Of a stretch of DNA of 64,000 bases, positions 41,508 through 55,261 are shown piece by piece. How positions within the stretch are numbered: position 1 is the stretch's first letter; each line of letters starts with the position of its first letter. Below the pieces are notes generated by a model, which was not told where the DNA came from, did not search any database, and saw nothing but the letters and a program-made list of their open reading frames with translations. Source of the DNA: Octopus vulgaris (taxonomy: Eukaryota); assembly GCA_951406725.2 (NCBI GenBank), contig OX597838.1, positions 7,688,001 to 7,752,000 on the forward strand, given 5' to 3'. The position numbers and the translations under genes were made by a program.

Positions 41508-42114
41508 TTTCTTTTCTTTTCTACTCCAGGCACAAGGCTCGAAATTTTGGGGGAGGGGACAAGTCGAAAAATCGACCCCAGTTAGCCACTGGTACTTAAT
41601 TTATAGACCCAGAAAGGATGAAATGCAAAGTCGACCTCAGCGTAATTTGAACTCAGAATGTAAAGACAGACGAAATGCCTATTTCTTTACTACCCACAAG
41701 GGGCTAAACACAGACAGGACAAAAAAGGACAGACAAACGGATTAAATCGATTATATCGACCCCAGTGCGTAACTGGTACTTATTTAATCGACCCAGAAAG
41801 GATAAAAGGCAAAGTTGACCTCGGCGGAATTTCAACTCAGAATGTAGCGGCAGACGAAATACCTATTTCTTTACTACCCACAAGGGGCGAAACACAGAGG
41901 GGACAAACAAGGACAGACAAACGGATTAAGTCGATTATATCGACCCCAGTGCGTAACTGGTACTTATCTAATCCACCCCGAAAGGATTAAAGGCAAAGTC
42001 GACCACGGCGGAATTTGAACTCAGAACGTAATGGCTGACGAAATACCTACTTCTTTACTACCCACAAGGGGCTAAACACAGAGACGATAAACAAGGACAG
42101 ACAAACGGATTAAG
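41508..42114 (-). mobile_element. SINE A concatemer: 5'-truncated array of 184-bp units ending in an alternative tail
   Basis: Junction t(a/g)ccta(t/c)ttc at 41676, 41860 and 42044, exactly 184 apart; last unit ends cccctcccccaaaatttcgagccttgtgcc. Confidence 0.92.
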
Positions 42115-42835
42115 ACCAATGACTGAAAAAAGTAACAAAAAAATATAAAAGCCTATATTTCTCAATTCATGTGTTGTGTGTGTATCTGTGTGTGTGTGTG
42201 TGTGTGTGTGTGTCGGTGTCTGTGTGCGTTGTGTACGTGAGTATTTCTAAATGTATAACTATGATATTTCTGCACACGGTGCACATCTTTGAGCTCCGAC
42301 GTCGGTTTCCTCTTTTAGATATCCGTAGGATCACACAAAAGGAAATTTGAATAAATGGCACTATTTATTTTCCCTCGAACTCAAATATAAATTACATACG
42401 TACACGTACACACGGACACACCTTGCATCTCACACAAAGGCACACACACACACACACATACACACACACAGACACACACACACAAAAGCACACACATCCA
42501 AATATGAATGCATATGTCTCTATGTACACCGTTTTATTATCTACCTCTTTTGTCATGTCTATATTGTAAGGTTAGTTTTAATGTTAAAATATTTAATCGA
42601 GTTTTTAATTACTGTCTACTAGGTTGGCTTACCACAGAACATTGTTAAAAAAAGAGATTATTGGATGTAGGTCGCCATCTACGAGCTTCCGGTATTTGCC
42701 TGTAAATATAAACATTATTTGTTATATTTTCTTTGTAGTTTATGTCTGTAAACATCAACTACACAAAGACTGATTATATACGCTTAGAATCTGAAGTTTT
42801 AGCGAAAAATGCTATCATATATATATGTATGTATG

Positions 42836-42884
<49 letters not shown>

Positions 42885-43079
42885 GTATGTATGTATGTGT
42901 ATATGTACACACATATATATTTATATATATATACACATATATATACGTATAATAAGGGCATGTATGAGTATAGATGACCATGTGTTAGATTATGTTTGTG
43001 TGTACATATATAAATATATACACATGCATATATATAGATATATAGATATAGATATATATGTACATATACATAAACACAC

Positions 43080-43212
<133 letters not shown>

Positions 43213-43569
43213 ATACATAAATAGATACATACATATATAAATAGATAAATACATACAACTGTTTACAGTTGTGCAAATCAGCATCCCAGCGAATGTGCTA
43301 ATATAAAGCTAAAGTGCACTAGGTCACTTGCCCTCGTTATATACTTCGTTATATATACGTCTGAGTAGAAGTATTTGTGTGTGTATGTGTGTGTGTATGT
43401 GTGTGTGTTCGTGCGTATACCTCGATGTGCTTTTATGCATGTGTGTATTGCACATAGTGTGATGGACAAATGTATAGTTAACAACAAAACGTTTACAAAT
43501 CTCTTCAGCTTTTGGGACCAAAACATTATTCGTTTCGGTACATCTTGAGAGTCAAAGCACGGACTTTAT

Positions 43570-43659
<90 letters not shown>

Positions 43660-43663
<4 letters not shown>

Positions 43664-43744
43664 TTTGATACTTTGATACTTTGATAGGTTTCGGCCATTA
43701 TTGGCCCAGGCCATGTCTAACTTAATAGCACCACCTGGGTGGTG

Positions 43745-43748
<4 letters not shown>
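43660..43748 (-). mobile_element. Extreme 3' end of a CR1-type LINE (stem-loop plus 8-bp tail repeats)
   Basis: Shares caggccatgtctaacttaatagcaccacctg with 62953-62983; tail (tatcaaag)x3 on the minus strand. Confidence 0.65.
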
Positions 43749-43804
<56 letters not shown>

Positions 43805-44010
43805 ATATATATATGTATGTATATATATAGATATTTCTAAAAACATATATATGTATGTATATGTACATATATATAGGTGTATATATATAATGAATAAAAA
43901 ATATTTTATTCCATATTAGCATCTAATCTCCTCCAATTACGAAAAATATGATTGAATTTCTCATTCGTTCTATCACTTAAATGATATACTTAACATATAC
44001 ATACATATAT

Positions 44011-44229
44011 AAGCTGGCAGAATCGTTAGCACACCGGCCGAAATACTTAGCGGTATTTCGTCTGCCGTTACGTTCTGTGTTCAAATTTTCGCCGAAGTCA
44101 ACTTTTCATTTCATCCTCTTGGGGTCGATTAAGTAATTACCAACTACGCTCTGGGGTCGATATAATCGACTTAATCTCTTTGTCTGTTCTTGTTTGTCCC
44201 GTCTATGTTTAGCCCCCTGTCGACAATAA

Positions 44230-44232
<3 letters not shown>
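44011..44232 (+). mobile_element. SINE family A
   Basis: agctggcagaatcgttagcac...ggggtcgatataatcgacttaatc...aataaaga. Confidence 0.88.
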
Positions 44233-44300
<68 letters not shown>

Positions 44301-44475
44301 GAGTTAAAGCATATATGCCCATGAAGAGTCTCAGAGATGTTATGCAAAATATGAGGTCCAGTTAGCTTGGTGAACATACAAACATTCTCCATCCTATTGG
44401 TGTAACCCAGACAGAAGCGGAGGCAAGAGATCCAGTGCCAATGCGGGTCACACACACACACACGCACGCACACAC

Positions 44476-44506
<31 letters not shown>

Positions 44507-45825
44507 TACATATATACTAGCAGACCGACGATAGCGCAATCCGACTGAAAACAATTTATTATATGAGGGCCTCTATTTATCAACCATTACCTAATGCGAT
44601 CCTTCCCCTTTAAAGCTCATAGTGTCATATGAGGGAGATGTGTGTCATATTTCTAGCAGGTGAAACCTCTATGCAAAGAACGCCCCACTGCGCTTCTAAG
44701 TATACGTTTTATATGTTGAGTGGTCAGAGAACGGATGCAATTTGTTAATGTACTGCTTCGCTTTGTAGATGATGTTAACCAAATCAACAGGTTTGTTGTT
44801 AGTGTTTAGTATCAAGCCATAATATACATATTAACATGACACACATTATAACATTGTGTTAACTGTGAGATGAGAGCGTCCAGATAGCGAAAATGTAACA
44901 AGTGAAACATGGGTTAATTGTAACAGCATAGATTCACTTTAAATCTGATTGCGTATGAGATTGAGAATTGCAGATTTATCTTTGATATCGGAACAGTGTT
45001 ATTGCTTCTGAGTGCTCGGCAAAAACGCTCGCTTTTTTTTGTGTTTTAATCTTTATTTATTGTCCTTTGTTGGTCGTAGTATTTGTGTGACAGTCACAAT
45101 TGATTTTGCTAAATTGAAAGAAAGAGCGCGAAGCAGAAGCTAATGTTTGTTCGGCAACCTCAGAGACAATTCTTCCAAAATGGTTTATTGGTCGGTAAAG
45201 GGTGATGGGTTAACCCAAAAGCGACCAAAAGAAAAAAAAATATATATATATATAATAAAAATAATAACAAACAAGCAAATATTGAATCTAGGGACTCTGA
45301 TTCAGAATCGGTCAAAATTGATCTTTTGATGTAAACATTCGTTTTAAAGATATCAACCGCGAAAGCAACATTTCTACAACATTGGCCGCTTCAAGTGTTG
45401 AGGCATATCTCTGATGTTTAGAGATCAGATTTTTTGATTAAATTTGCATCCGTTTAAACAGATCTAAGCCCATATTAATTAAAGCAAGCAAAATCTGCCA
45501 TTCATTTATTTATTACTTTATGTTTTGTTATCTTCGGTATTTCTTTATCTCGCCAACTAAATCACTCAACAAATTAATGTGGATTCAGCAGTTGATGGGG
45601 GAGGGGAAAAACAACACCAACACACACACACACACACACACATTTACACACACACCCACACACACACATACACAAACACTCACACGGAAAGAGAATACAT
45701 TGAGAGCTATGAAAATGTTCGTATTTGTTAAAGGAGAGTTTAATGCTATTGTATGACAGCTGTGCGCGTTTTATTTCATTTTTAAGTACCTTGTTGTTGT
45801 TGCTGCTGTTGTTGTTTTTATTATT

Positions 45826-45861
<36 letters not shown>

Positions 45862-45862
45862 G

Positions 45863-45905
<43 letters not shown>

Positions 45906-45928
45906 CATTATTATTATCATTATTATTA

Positions 45929-45998
<70 letters not shown>

Positions 45999-45999
45999 G

Positions 46000-46144
46000 A
46001 GGCGGCAATCTGGGAGATTCGTTAATAATAGCAAAAGTGCTCGACGTTGTCCGTTCGAATTCTGCGATGGTCAACTTTGTATTTCATCCCTCCTCGTGAA
46101 GTAAACACCCAGTAAATTATTGATGTTGATTATATTGACTTAAC
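46000..46144 (+). mobile_element. Degenerate SINE A interrupted by a MITE
   Basis: ggcggcaatctgggagattcgttaa...gttcgaattct...ggtcaactttgtatttcatcc. Confidence 0.55.
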
Positions 46145-46412
46145 CAGTGCTACTTAAAATGGTGGTCCGCGGACCCGTGCCGCGCCGCGAGCCATTAGCT
46201 TCCGGTACGCGGCGAGTTTCCAAAAAAAGAAATGATATTGTATTATTCGTTTACAAAATAAATATAAGATTAGAACGTTGTCAACATTTATTATATTCAT
46301 TATATATATTGTTTCCGGTATAAATTAATATTACTAAGAAATATTACCAGTCCCTGGTATATTGGGGAAAAAAACTGATGGTACGCCACATCTGATAGTT
46401 TGAGAAGCACTG
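46145..46412. mobile_element. hAT/Charlie-type MITE
   Basis: Imperfect TIRs cagtgctacttaaa / tttgagaagcactg; TSD not recoverable. Confidence 0.65.
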
Positions 46413-46751
46413 CCCTAAATCACTTCTGTTCAAAATTTCTAGATTTTGGGCATTATCAGAAACACGGTAACAGAGGGTGAGTCCTGGACGGGGCCGAAGG
46501 TATTGATGATGCACTCCTTCCTCTTCGGTCAGCTGTTCATCTAGTTCTTGGGAAGTATAATGAGAGTGGAGAGACAAGTGATAATAAGGGTGGAGAAAGA
46601 AATATGTCTAAAAGTGGGCGACTGTGATAAAAATAGTTAGGATGAACGGAAGTACACTAAGCATGCGCCTATACATTGGTGTAAAGTTGGGTGAGGTCTT
46701 CCAATTTTGCTACTCTAGATATTCTCCTCTCTCTCTATGTCTGTTTCTCTT

Positions 46752-46819
<68 letters not shown>

Positions 46820-47012
46820 ACCTCGTGTGTACCGTTGGCGATTTTTTTTCCTCTGTCTTCCCTTCTCTGGATCTTTCCTTCTCCTATGTTTCCGACGAAG
46901 AGCTCCGCTCGAAACGTTAAACCCTCCTTCTTTCCTTCCTCGTCCAATAATACTATATTTGTTCCACGTCCTCGCGTTGTTTTTTGTGCTTTCTTGATTG
47001 GATTAACTTTAA

Positions 47013-47015
<3 letters not shown>
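46820..47015 (+). mobile_element. Penelope-like terminal repeat with minimal hammerhead motif (46888-46922)
   Basis: gttt-CCGACGA-a-gagc tcc gctc-GAAA-cgtt-aaac; U4C variant core; homolog at 10800-10910. Confidence 0.6.
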
Positions 47016-47083
<68 letters not shown>

Positions 47084-47150
47084 TGCTCTTACCTTCGATT
47101 TTTAGGGCCAACCAATTTTGGACAGTGTAACAGGCCTTTCATTTGAGGAA

Positions 47151-47210
<60 letters not shown>

Positions 47211-47606
47211 GGGAATAAAACGCATATATATAATTTACTTATCTAATAAATAGAAACAATATTTTTTCTACATCTCTCAGTGAAAGATATTCAGTAATAA
47301 TATATTAAAGTGTAGACTATTTGCCAACATGACTATTTGCCAACATAATGTGCAGTCCCGGTTGGGACGAATGTTACTGATAGTTAGCCCCAGGAAACGT
47401 CGTTTTCATCTCGCTATACGACACAATATATTAATGTTGCTTTTTATTTCAAATTATAGCATGAAACTGAAGGATTGTTCAATTCTTCTTAAGATGGTAC
47501 ATATTTATTAAACTTTTTCAAAGAGGCTGATTGTGACTTCGAAAGCTCTGCTCCTCGTCCTTCTTCTTTACATATCTACGTATATACATATACGTAAGTA
47601 AGTATG

Positions 47607-47694
<88 letters not shown>

Positions 47695-47920
47695 GATGAG
47701 AAAGTTGGTTTGTGAAAGCACGTGGTTGAATATATGTAAGAAATTTGAAAAGCTGAACGCGAAACCGGTCATTTCTTCTAAACTATGTCATTGTAAGAAA
47801 AAAGTTGATAACATTCTTCAGACATATTGACTCAAATATATACTTTTTAACCTTTTAAAACAAGCCTTCTGTAGTTTTTTCACTTTTTACTATTTTCTCT
47901 CTCTCTCTCTCTCTCTCTCT

Positions 47921-47976
<56 letters not shown>

Positions 47977-48139
47977 AACAGATCGGTCGTCTTCCTCAAC
48001 TGGTCTGCTTTTAGAGACGACCACACTCCACACACTCTCATTCCAAGCACTGCTATAAACAACAGAAATGATCGAGAATGTTATAATTTAGTGAGCATGC
48101 GCAAGAAATTTCGAGATCGATCTGTGCCAAGGGTCTTCA

Positions 48140-48300
48140 CTCTGGGCATTTTTAGTCCCGTCACCAAAGCAACAACCAACCGCGATACTTTTTTTTTTTT
48201 AATAAACTTCATATATATTCACTCATATATAAACACATGAATTTGGAATCTGATTTTTTGAAAGTTTCAAAATGTTTCCAAACCGGACTTTGCCAAGAAG
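48140..48300 (-). pseudogene. Possible BED zinc-finger relic (hAT transposase N-terminus)
   Basis: SPVWKHF...FMCLY, then GDGTKN downstream; second Cys and His residues not intact. Confidence 0.3.
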
Positions 48301-48574
48301 TGTATAGCGTTATCGACAGCAAATTTCCTATTTTAGAATCAATAGTTACATACACTAGATTCGTGCTGGTGTCTGAATGGATATATACACGACTAAATAT
48401 CATAACGTGTCCAGTCGGGATATCTCATATAACTTTGTGCGTATTTATTAGTTTAGTTATAAACACAAAAGTGTGCAGACATGTATATTTGTGCGCATGC
48501 ATGCATGTATGTATATATACGTGTGTTGCTATACATATATCTATGTGCACATATCTATATGTGTGTACGCGTAC

Positions 48575-48654
<80 letters not shown>

Positions 48655-48781
48655 ATGTATATTTGTCTGCATGAATGTATGTATCTATATATATGTGCTT
48701 CATATATTTATATATGGATATATATTTGTCTGCATGCACGTATGTATCTATATATATATGTGCTGCATATATTTATATATG

Positions 48782-48855
<74 letters not shown>

Positions 48856-49639
48856 CACATAGACAGGCATTCAATAATCCATCTAACCATGTACCCAACG
48901 ATATATAAAAAAAACATACATACATACATGCATACATATGCCAATACACACATATATACATGCATACTACACATAAATACACGCGTACATACATGCATAT
49001 ATACACACACATATGTCCATACGTATATCTGCGCCATGTATAAACGTTATTACCAATGTAGCGTTCGCTATTCACTTAATCCAGCATCAGAAACGTTATT
49101 CGATAATGACATTTTATACGAACTACTGACTAATATTAAAATTTCTTATTGAATTTCGTGCTAAGCTTTATGAAAGTTGATATTTCATTCCTAGCAGTTT
49201 GAAAACTCCATGGAAAAGAAGCAAAAAAAAAACTGTTGGGTTATATTGACCCAATATGGAATAAGAATGCCGAAATTTCTTTTATTTTTAAAGTGGGAAT
49301 AAAACTGGTGCCGTTCTTGATGCGGATCATGTGCTCTCCTGTTCGGTCTCTCAGTGTGGTATTTTTCTTTACAAAATATCTTTCTGGTCAGTATTCTGTG
49401 AGGACCAATTGCCTGTGAGAGTAATTAAGCTGAGAGTACTATTCGGACATTTATCTTCTGTGGGGGAAGATTCATATACATAATAGTGAGAGATTATCAG
49501 TCCGAGAAAAATGCTTCACACAAGGCTAACAATATTATTTAGATTAGTGAAGAACTCCAGTTATTCTTATAGCAGGGGCTAAGATTATGGTTCATCACTA
49601 TTTGTGTTTGAAAAATGCTGATCCGTGCAAAGCGTTTAC

Positions 49640-50180
49640 ATATCAAGGTTTTAAACCTGCACAAACAATGCTGCAGTTCCTCTGTGATGACAAAAACGTT
49701 CGCGCAGGAAAAAATGTCTAAGATGAGAAATGACAGAGGTTTATGTGCTGCTGGTCGTTTTGATATCCCATGAGTGATACAAACTAAATTGTAATTATGG
49801 TGTGTAACGAATGTCATGTCATGTCTCCTTTTATCTTTTCACATGGCTTTAGAATTACCGTTACTCGATAGGATGAGGTGCTGGAAACTGTTGTTAAGTT
49901 ATGGGATGGTGGATGGGTGGTTTACGCAATGGCAGGCCATACCTACTTAAACAAGACTCAGCATTTTCTTACAAATCCCACGGAACGCCAAATAGATGTT
50001 AGAGAATATTTACGATCATGCAACACGAATCGTGTGGCCTCCAAACTCTTCAGATTTAAATCTCATGGACTACTAGGGTTAGAGCGTTGTTGAGATGTAG
50101 ACGAATCCACATCCTTACAATAAAATAGCCTCCCTGAAGGCCAATATTATGCTGGTAATGTCCGAAAAGTACAAGAAGTG
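49640..50180 (+). pseudogene. Tc1/mariner DD37D (maT-like) transposase relic
   Basis: FLCDDKN (~49686), NECHVMSPFIFSHG, EVLETVVKLW, RPYLLKQDSA (D at 49955), WPPNSSDLNLMDY (D at 50068); D-to-D 113 nt, one short of the 114 nt expected for D37D. Confidence 0.8.
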
Positions 50181-50247
50181 CCAAATGAAGCCGAACAAGC
50201 AGAGACTTCAAAGACACCGGAAGCAAACTCCGTGTAAAATTTTACAT

Positions 50248-50572
50248 CAGTGATTTCAACAGGGATTCATAGGGGCCCTGAGAGTCCATGTTAGACATAC
50301 AACAAAATACTAAATCAAGAATCAATAACAGTCTTTCAAGGGCCTCTCAAAAATATTTGGCTTTCGATGGATGTATTATTATGTATTACAAGAAACAACT
50401 AAGTTTTTCTCTCTTATGTTTTACATAGTTCAGTCTACACAAGAAAATGTCTAAGTAACAAAATAAGAATTTTGAAAGATGTTTCTATAAAACTAGTTTT
50501 TAAACATCGAATGGCAATGGGTCTCCATAGTAATCAAAGGGGCCTTAAATGAAAATATTTTTGAGAACCCCT
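50248..50572. mobile_element. hAT-type MITE, degenerate
   Basis: Ends cagtgatttcaac ... ttgagaacccct resemble CAGTGGTTCTCAA-type TIRs. Confidence 0.5.
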
Positions 50573-51534
50573 TTTTTAAATAAACATTTACTTCACTGGC
50601 TCAGGAATCTATATCATTATCATCATCGATGGCAATCAATAATTTTACGTTTGTTTTGTTACATAACATATGAGAAAATTTTCCCTAACAACATACATAG
50701 GCAATTGTGAAATACACACAATTAATTATATGCTGATAACTTTGACATTCATACTCATGCGTTATGCGAGGTTCTCTACTTTCGGTTTAGAATACCCCTA
50801 CACCACCACCACCAATACCCACAAAACACACTTCATTAAATTCTCTATTTCTCGTTTGAGTTGATAATTATTTTCAAATTTGTATAGTGAAAAACTTTAG
50901 AAGGAAACAGCAATTTTTCTCTTCTTAAAATAATACGAAATAAAACGGTTTCGCAAAGAAATAAACAGAACAAGTATTTTCTATTTCAAATTGCTGGAGA
51001 GATATCAATGACGAATTTCGAAATTATTTGAAATATGAAATTGCAGAATATTTAACTAGAAAATAAAATACAACAAACCGACCCGGAGTTTGCTCATTCT
51101 GAACACAAATGTAAGATCTAAATAAACGTCATGTAGTGGTTTAACTATCGGTAAATATTCGAAAGACAAGAGCGTAGTCTTCAATTTAGTTTCTCTTCTG
51201 CTGTGTGTTTTTCGGATGGGAAGAGCGCAATGTCATTGCGAAGAATTTTAATAAAGAAAGCATCTTAATACATGTTCACACACAGACATACCCACACATG
51301 TGTGAATGTGTGTGTGTGTGCATATGCGCACGCACACACACACACGCATACGCACATATATACACGCATGCATGCCTATCTCACTATATGTATTTGTGTG
51401 TGTGTGTATGTATATGTTGATGTATTTCTCATGCATGAAAATATATGTATGTATATATATATACATATTTGTGTGTGTGTGTGTATGCGTATGTATATGT
51501 TGATGTATTTCTCATGCATGAAAATATATGTATG

Positions 51535-51615
<81 letters not shown>

Positions 51616-52149
51616 AAATATATATGTGCGTATATACCTGCCTATTTATCTTTCAGTCGGTCTCTCTCTCTCTCTCTCTCTCTCTTCCTCCCTTCACCTA
51701 CCCTTATCTCACCCATCTTATTTCAAAATAATCGCTCTAAACTGACAAGAACTCCATCATTTCCTTTCGTTTAACGTCACCATTGCACCTACCGCACGAC
51801 ATATCATTCCACTTCATAAATTCCGATAACAGACTATCCCACATTCCACACATCGTATTGCCATAAGACTCCCTTGCATCACCGCACCACTGAATATCTC
51901 CATTAACATTACGTCCCATCAGAACACGGGAACACACGTACACTGTGCTATAGCATTAAACTACTCTAACACCACCAGAACACATCACAAGGCGCTATCT
52001 CCCTGCTGAACAGCCCCACAAGCACTGCACACCATCACGTAAACATTACTGCCTAATTGAACTATTCTTCACTGATCCCTAATTCTCAAACATAAAATTA
52101 TATCTTTCTTCACTGTCATAACACAATCCCAAACAAACAATCCCTGCAC

Positions 52150-52525
52150 TAACACACAAGCACACCAACGTGACCCGACACCAACGCGGCCCCACACCAA
52201 CAGGATCCCCAGGCAAACACGCCGGCACACCAAAACATTATCGCACCAACACTGTTGCCATATGAACACGCTGGCACACCACCCTACCTCCACACCGGCA
52301 CGCTCGCACACCAATACGACCCTACGCCGACATGACCTCACACCAACACGAGCCCACAGCAACGCGATTCCACACCAACACCACCCCATATCAACAAGAT
52401 CCCCACACTAACATGATCCTGAACCCACATAAACGTCACCGCACGCCAACACGACGCCACACCAACGTGACTCTAAACCAACACGACCCCACACCAATGC
52501 GACCGCACACCGACACATCCCCACA
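52150..52525 (+). repeat. Degenerate 16-bp minisatellite, consensus ~cacaccaacacgaccc
   Basis: Successive 16-17-bp units such as cacaccaatacgaccc, cacaccaacacgagcc and cacaccaacaccaccc. Confidence 0.8.
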
Positions 52526-52548
52526 AAAACGCTCCCTACATCAACTCT

Positions 52549-52789
52549 CTGTGGACCTGTGTGGCTCAGTGGTTAGGTGTGATGGACTCATGAACGTAAG
52601 ATTGTCGTTTCGATTCCTGGACCGAGCAATGCATTGTATTCTTGAGCAAACACTTCATTTCACTTTGCTCCAGTCCACTCAACTGACAAGAAGGAGTAAT
52701 CCCGCGACGGACCGGCGTCCCGTCCAGATGGGGAACATATACGAAAAAGGGAAAACCTTACGAGTCGGTATGACCCGAGAATGTAACTA
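52549..52789 (+). mobile_element. CORE-type tRNA SINE with a 3' tail different from family D
   Basis: tggctcagtgg and gtttcgattcc boxes; CORE ttcttgagcaaacactt...ctccagtccactca; TSD acatcaactct at 52538-52548 and 52790-52800. Confidence 0.85.
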
Positions 52790-54474
52790 ACATCAACTCT
52801 TCCACACATCAACACACTCCGACATAAACGTACCGGAACGTCGACACTCCACCCAATTCACTTGTTAACTTCCCCCTCAAACACCCCCCCCCCCACACAC
52901 ACACTATACTTTCACCACCAATTCACTGAACCACTCCGCAAACACTAGACAACACGAGAACCACGCCAACACTCCATCACTTCAACACAATACCTCTTGA
53001 ATTTTCCACTACAACGCTCACGCCGTCACAACACACATTAACACAGTAACTCGTCGTCTAACACTAAGCGCATGCCAGCACTCCACAACGCCACACTGCA
53101 TCCTTCACCACACAGTCCACATGGTTTTCTACATATCATATTCCCTACACAATTCCACCATTGTTATAACAATAATGTGACAGAACCATCTGAAAATGTA
53201 ACCTTCGTGAAATCGATGTTCCGATATCACTTGCAGCGATGAAGCGACAAACGGCTATTGTTTCATCGTCTTCCTGCAATCTATATTAAAATCTCTTACC
53301 AGAAACCAGATATGCTACAATTGTCCTGTCCAAACCGTTATTTTCTTTCGCCAACATGGCGAATACAATAGCGCGATGACAATTGAATGTGTTTGTAGGA
53401 CAGCAGTGCCGTTCGAAATATAAAAAAAAAACAAAAACGATGTATCGGAAAAGGAAAGATAACTGTCGTCGATAAACAGTAATAGCAACAACATTAGCAA
53501 GAACCACAACAGCTGCATCAGATTCGGGAATAACAGCAATATCAGCAACAACAATAATGGCGACGAAGACAATGAGATCTACTACAATGGCTGCTTCGAT
53601 GTCATCGTCAAAAGCAACACCAGTGGCCGCGCAGGCGGCAGCGGCAGCGACAACGGTGGCAGTGGAGGTAGCAGTAGTAGTGGCTGCAACCGAGAGTCGA
53701 ACGGTTCTATACGAATAGAAGTAATAGTAGCGGCATCGATTAATGCCACAACACCACAGGAAATGACATGATCGCAACAGGAGTCAGAAAAAAACACCGA
53801 CAACAAACAGGGAACTGATAAAACAACAACAACAACAACAACAACACAAACAACAGCACTGCAATTAGCATTAATCGAAACAAGAACCATAACATCAACA
53901 ACAACAAAGACGATGACGACGACGACAACAATAACAACATCAACAACAACAACAGTTGCAGCAACTACAATGGAGGAAAGCAGCAACAGCGAGAGATCTA
54001 ACAACAATGACAGCCATGAGGCACAAGAGCAGTAACAACATCCCCCAACAATAGCTGCTACAGAAACAACAACAACAACAACAACTACAACTACAACTAC
54101 TACTACTAATACTAATACTAATACTACTACTATTGCTATAACAATCGTCCCTATTTACAACAGCTGCCAGGAAAAGAATCATTAAAATATTGAACATTTT
54201 CGCATAAACAAACTTCTATTCTTGTTTTCACCAAGATGGCCGAGCGAAATTTCTTATCGATCTTTTTGCCATTACAATACAAATAACTACAACATCAATG
54301 TGAAGAGCATAACCGATACAATATACCACCTGTGCAACGTTAGCTTCCTTCCTTTTACGAAATATTGCTGCCTAATATTGGTATCATATTCTATTGAAAT
54401 TTCACGCCAGTTATTTATAGTGACGGAATTACTGTTTACTTCTAAAGTAAACGATCACAATCGTTAATAGACAT

Positions 54475-54682
54475 TGGTTTCAAATTCTAGCACGAGGCCA
54501 GAAATTTCGATGGAGTGGTAAGTCGCTTACATCGACACCCAGTGTTCAACTGGTACTCATTTTTATCGACCCACTAAAGGACGAAACGCATCGTCGACCT
54601 CGGTGGAATTTGAACTCAGAAAGTAGAGATGGTGGAAGCGCGGCAAAGCAATTTACCCAGCAGGCTAACCATTCTGCCGGTT
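54475..54682 (-). mobile_element. SINE family A, older copy
   Basis: ttttatcgaccc...gtcgacctcggtggaatttgaactcag...gctaaccattctgcc. Confidence 0.8.
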
Positions 54683-54743
54683 CGTATCCTTAAGATTAAT
54701 AATTGATGTTTCACGCTCGCGGGCAACTACACTCTCGCACACA

Positions 54744-54788
<45 letters not shown>

Positions 54789-54799
54789 AAACACACATA

Positions 54800-54841
<42 letters not shown>

Positions 54842-54984
54842 CATATAATATATATATATATATATACACACATGCGTGGGGTGTTCTGAAGGTCAGTGAA
54901 TATAGACATTTAAGTTTCCTTTTTCTTACAAAGTTTAGTTTGTACTCTAGAAGTTCGCAGACATTTTCGGCAGAGACTTTTCAA

Positions 54985-55132
54985 TAGAGCGTTTCGACCA
55001 CAGGACTTATTTTTAAAAATCTCTCTGTTTTTTTTCCAACGGTCCCTTATAGCAAACCGCTAAACTCTGGATATGTAAACAAATAAAGGTCAGTTGTTAC
55101 GCGGAGGTAGTGACACAAATGTACACACACAA

Positions 55133-55224
<92 letters not shown>

Positions 55225-55227
55225 GTA

Positions 55228-55261
<34 letters not shown>

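Noticed and set aside
41676-42114. CRISPR-like or hammerhead retrozyme array
   Set aside because: Units are contiguous SINE bodies with no unique spacers, and the unit consensus has no CUGANGA/GAAA core on either strand
44769-44790. Possible 22-nt microexon (tttgtag|...cag|gtttgt)
   Set aside because: Splice-like motifs are common by chance; length is frame-shifting; needs RNA-seq
47370-47405. Hammerhead-like ctgatag...gaaacgtc
   Set aside because: Core is not CUGANGA and stem II does not pair convincingly
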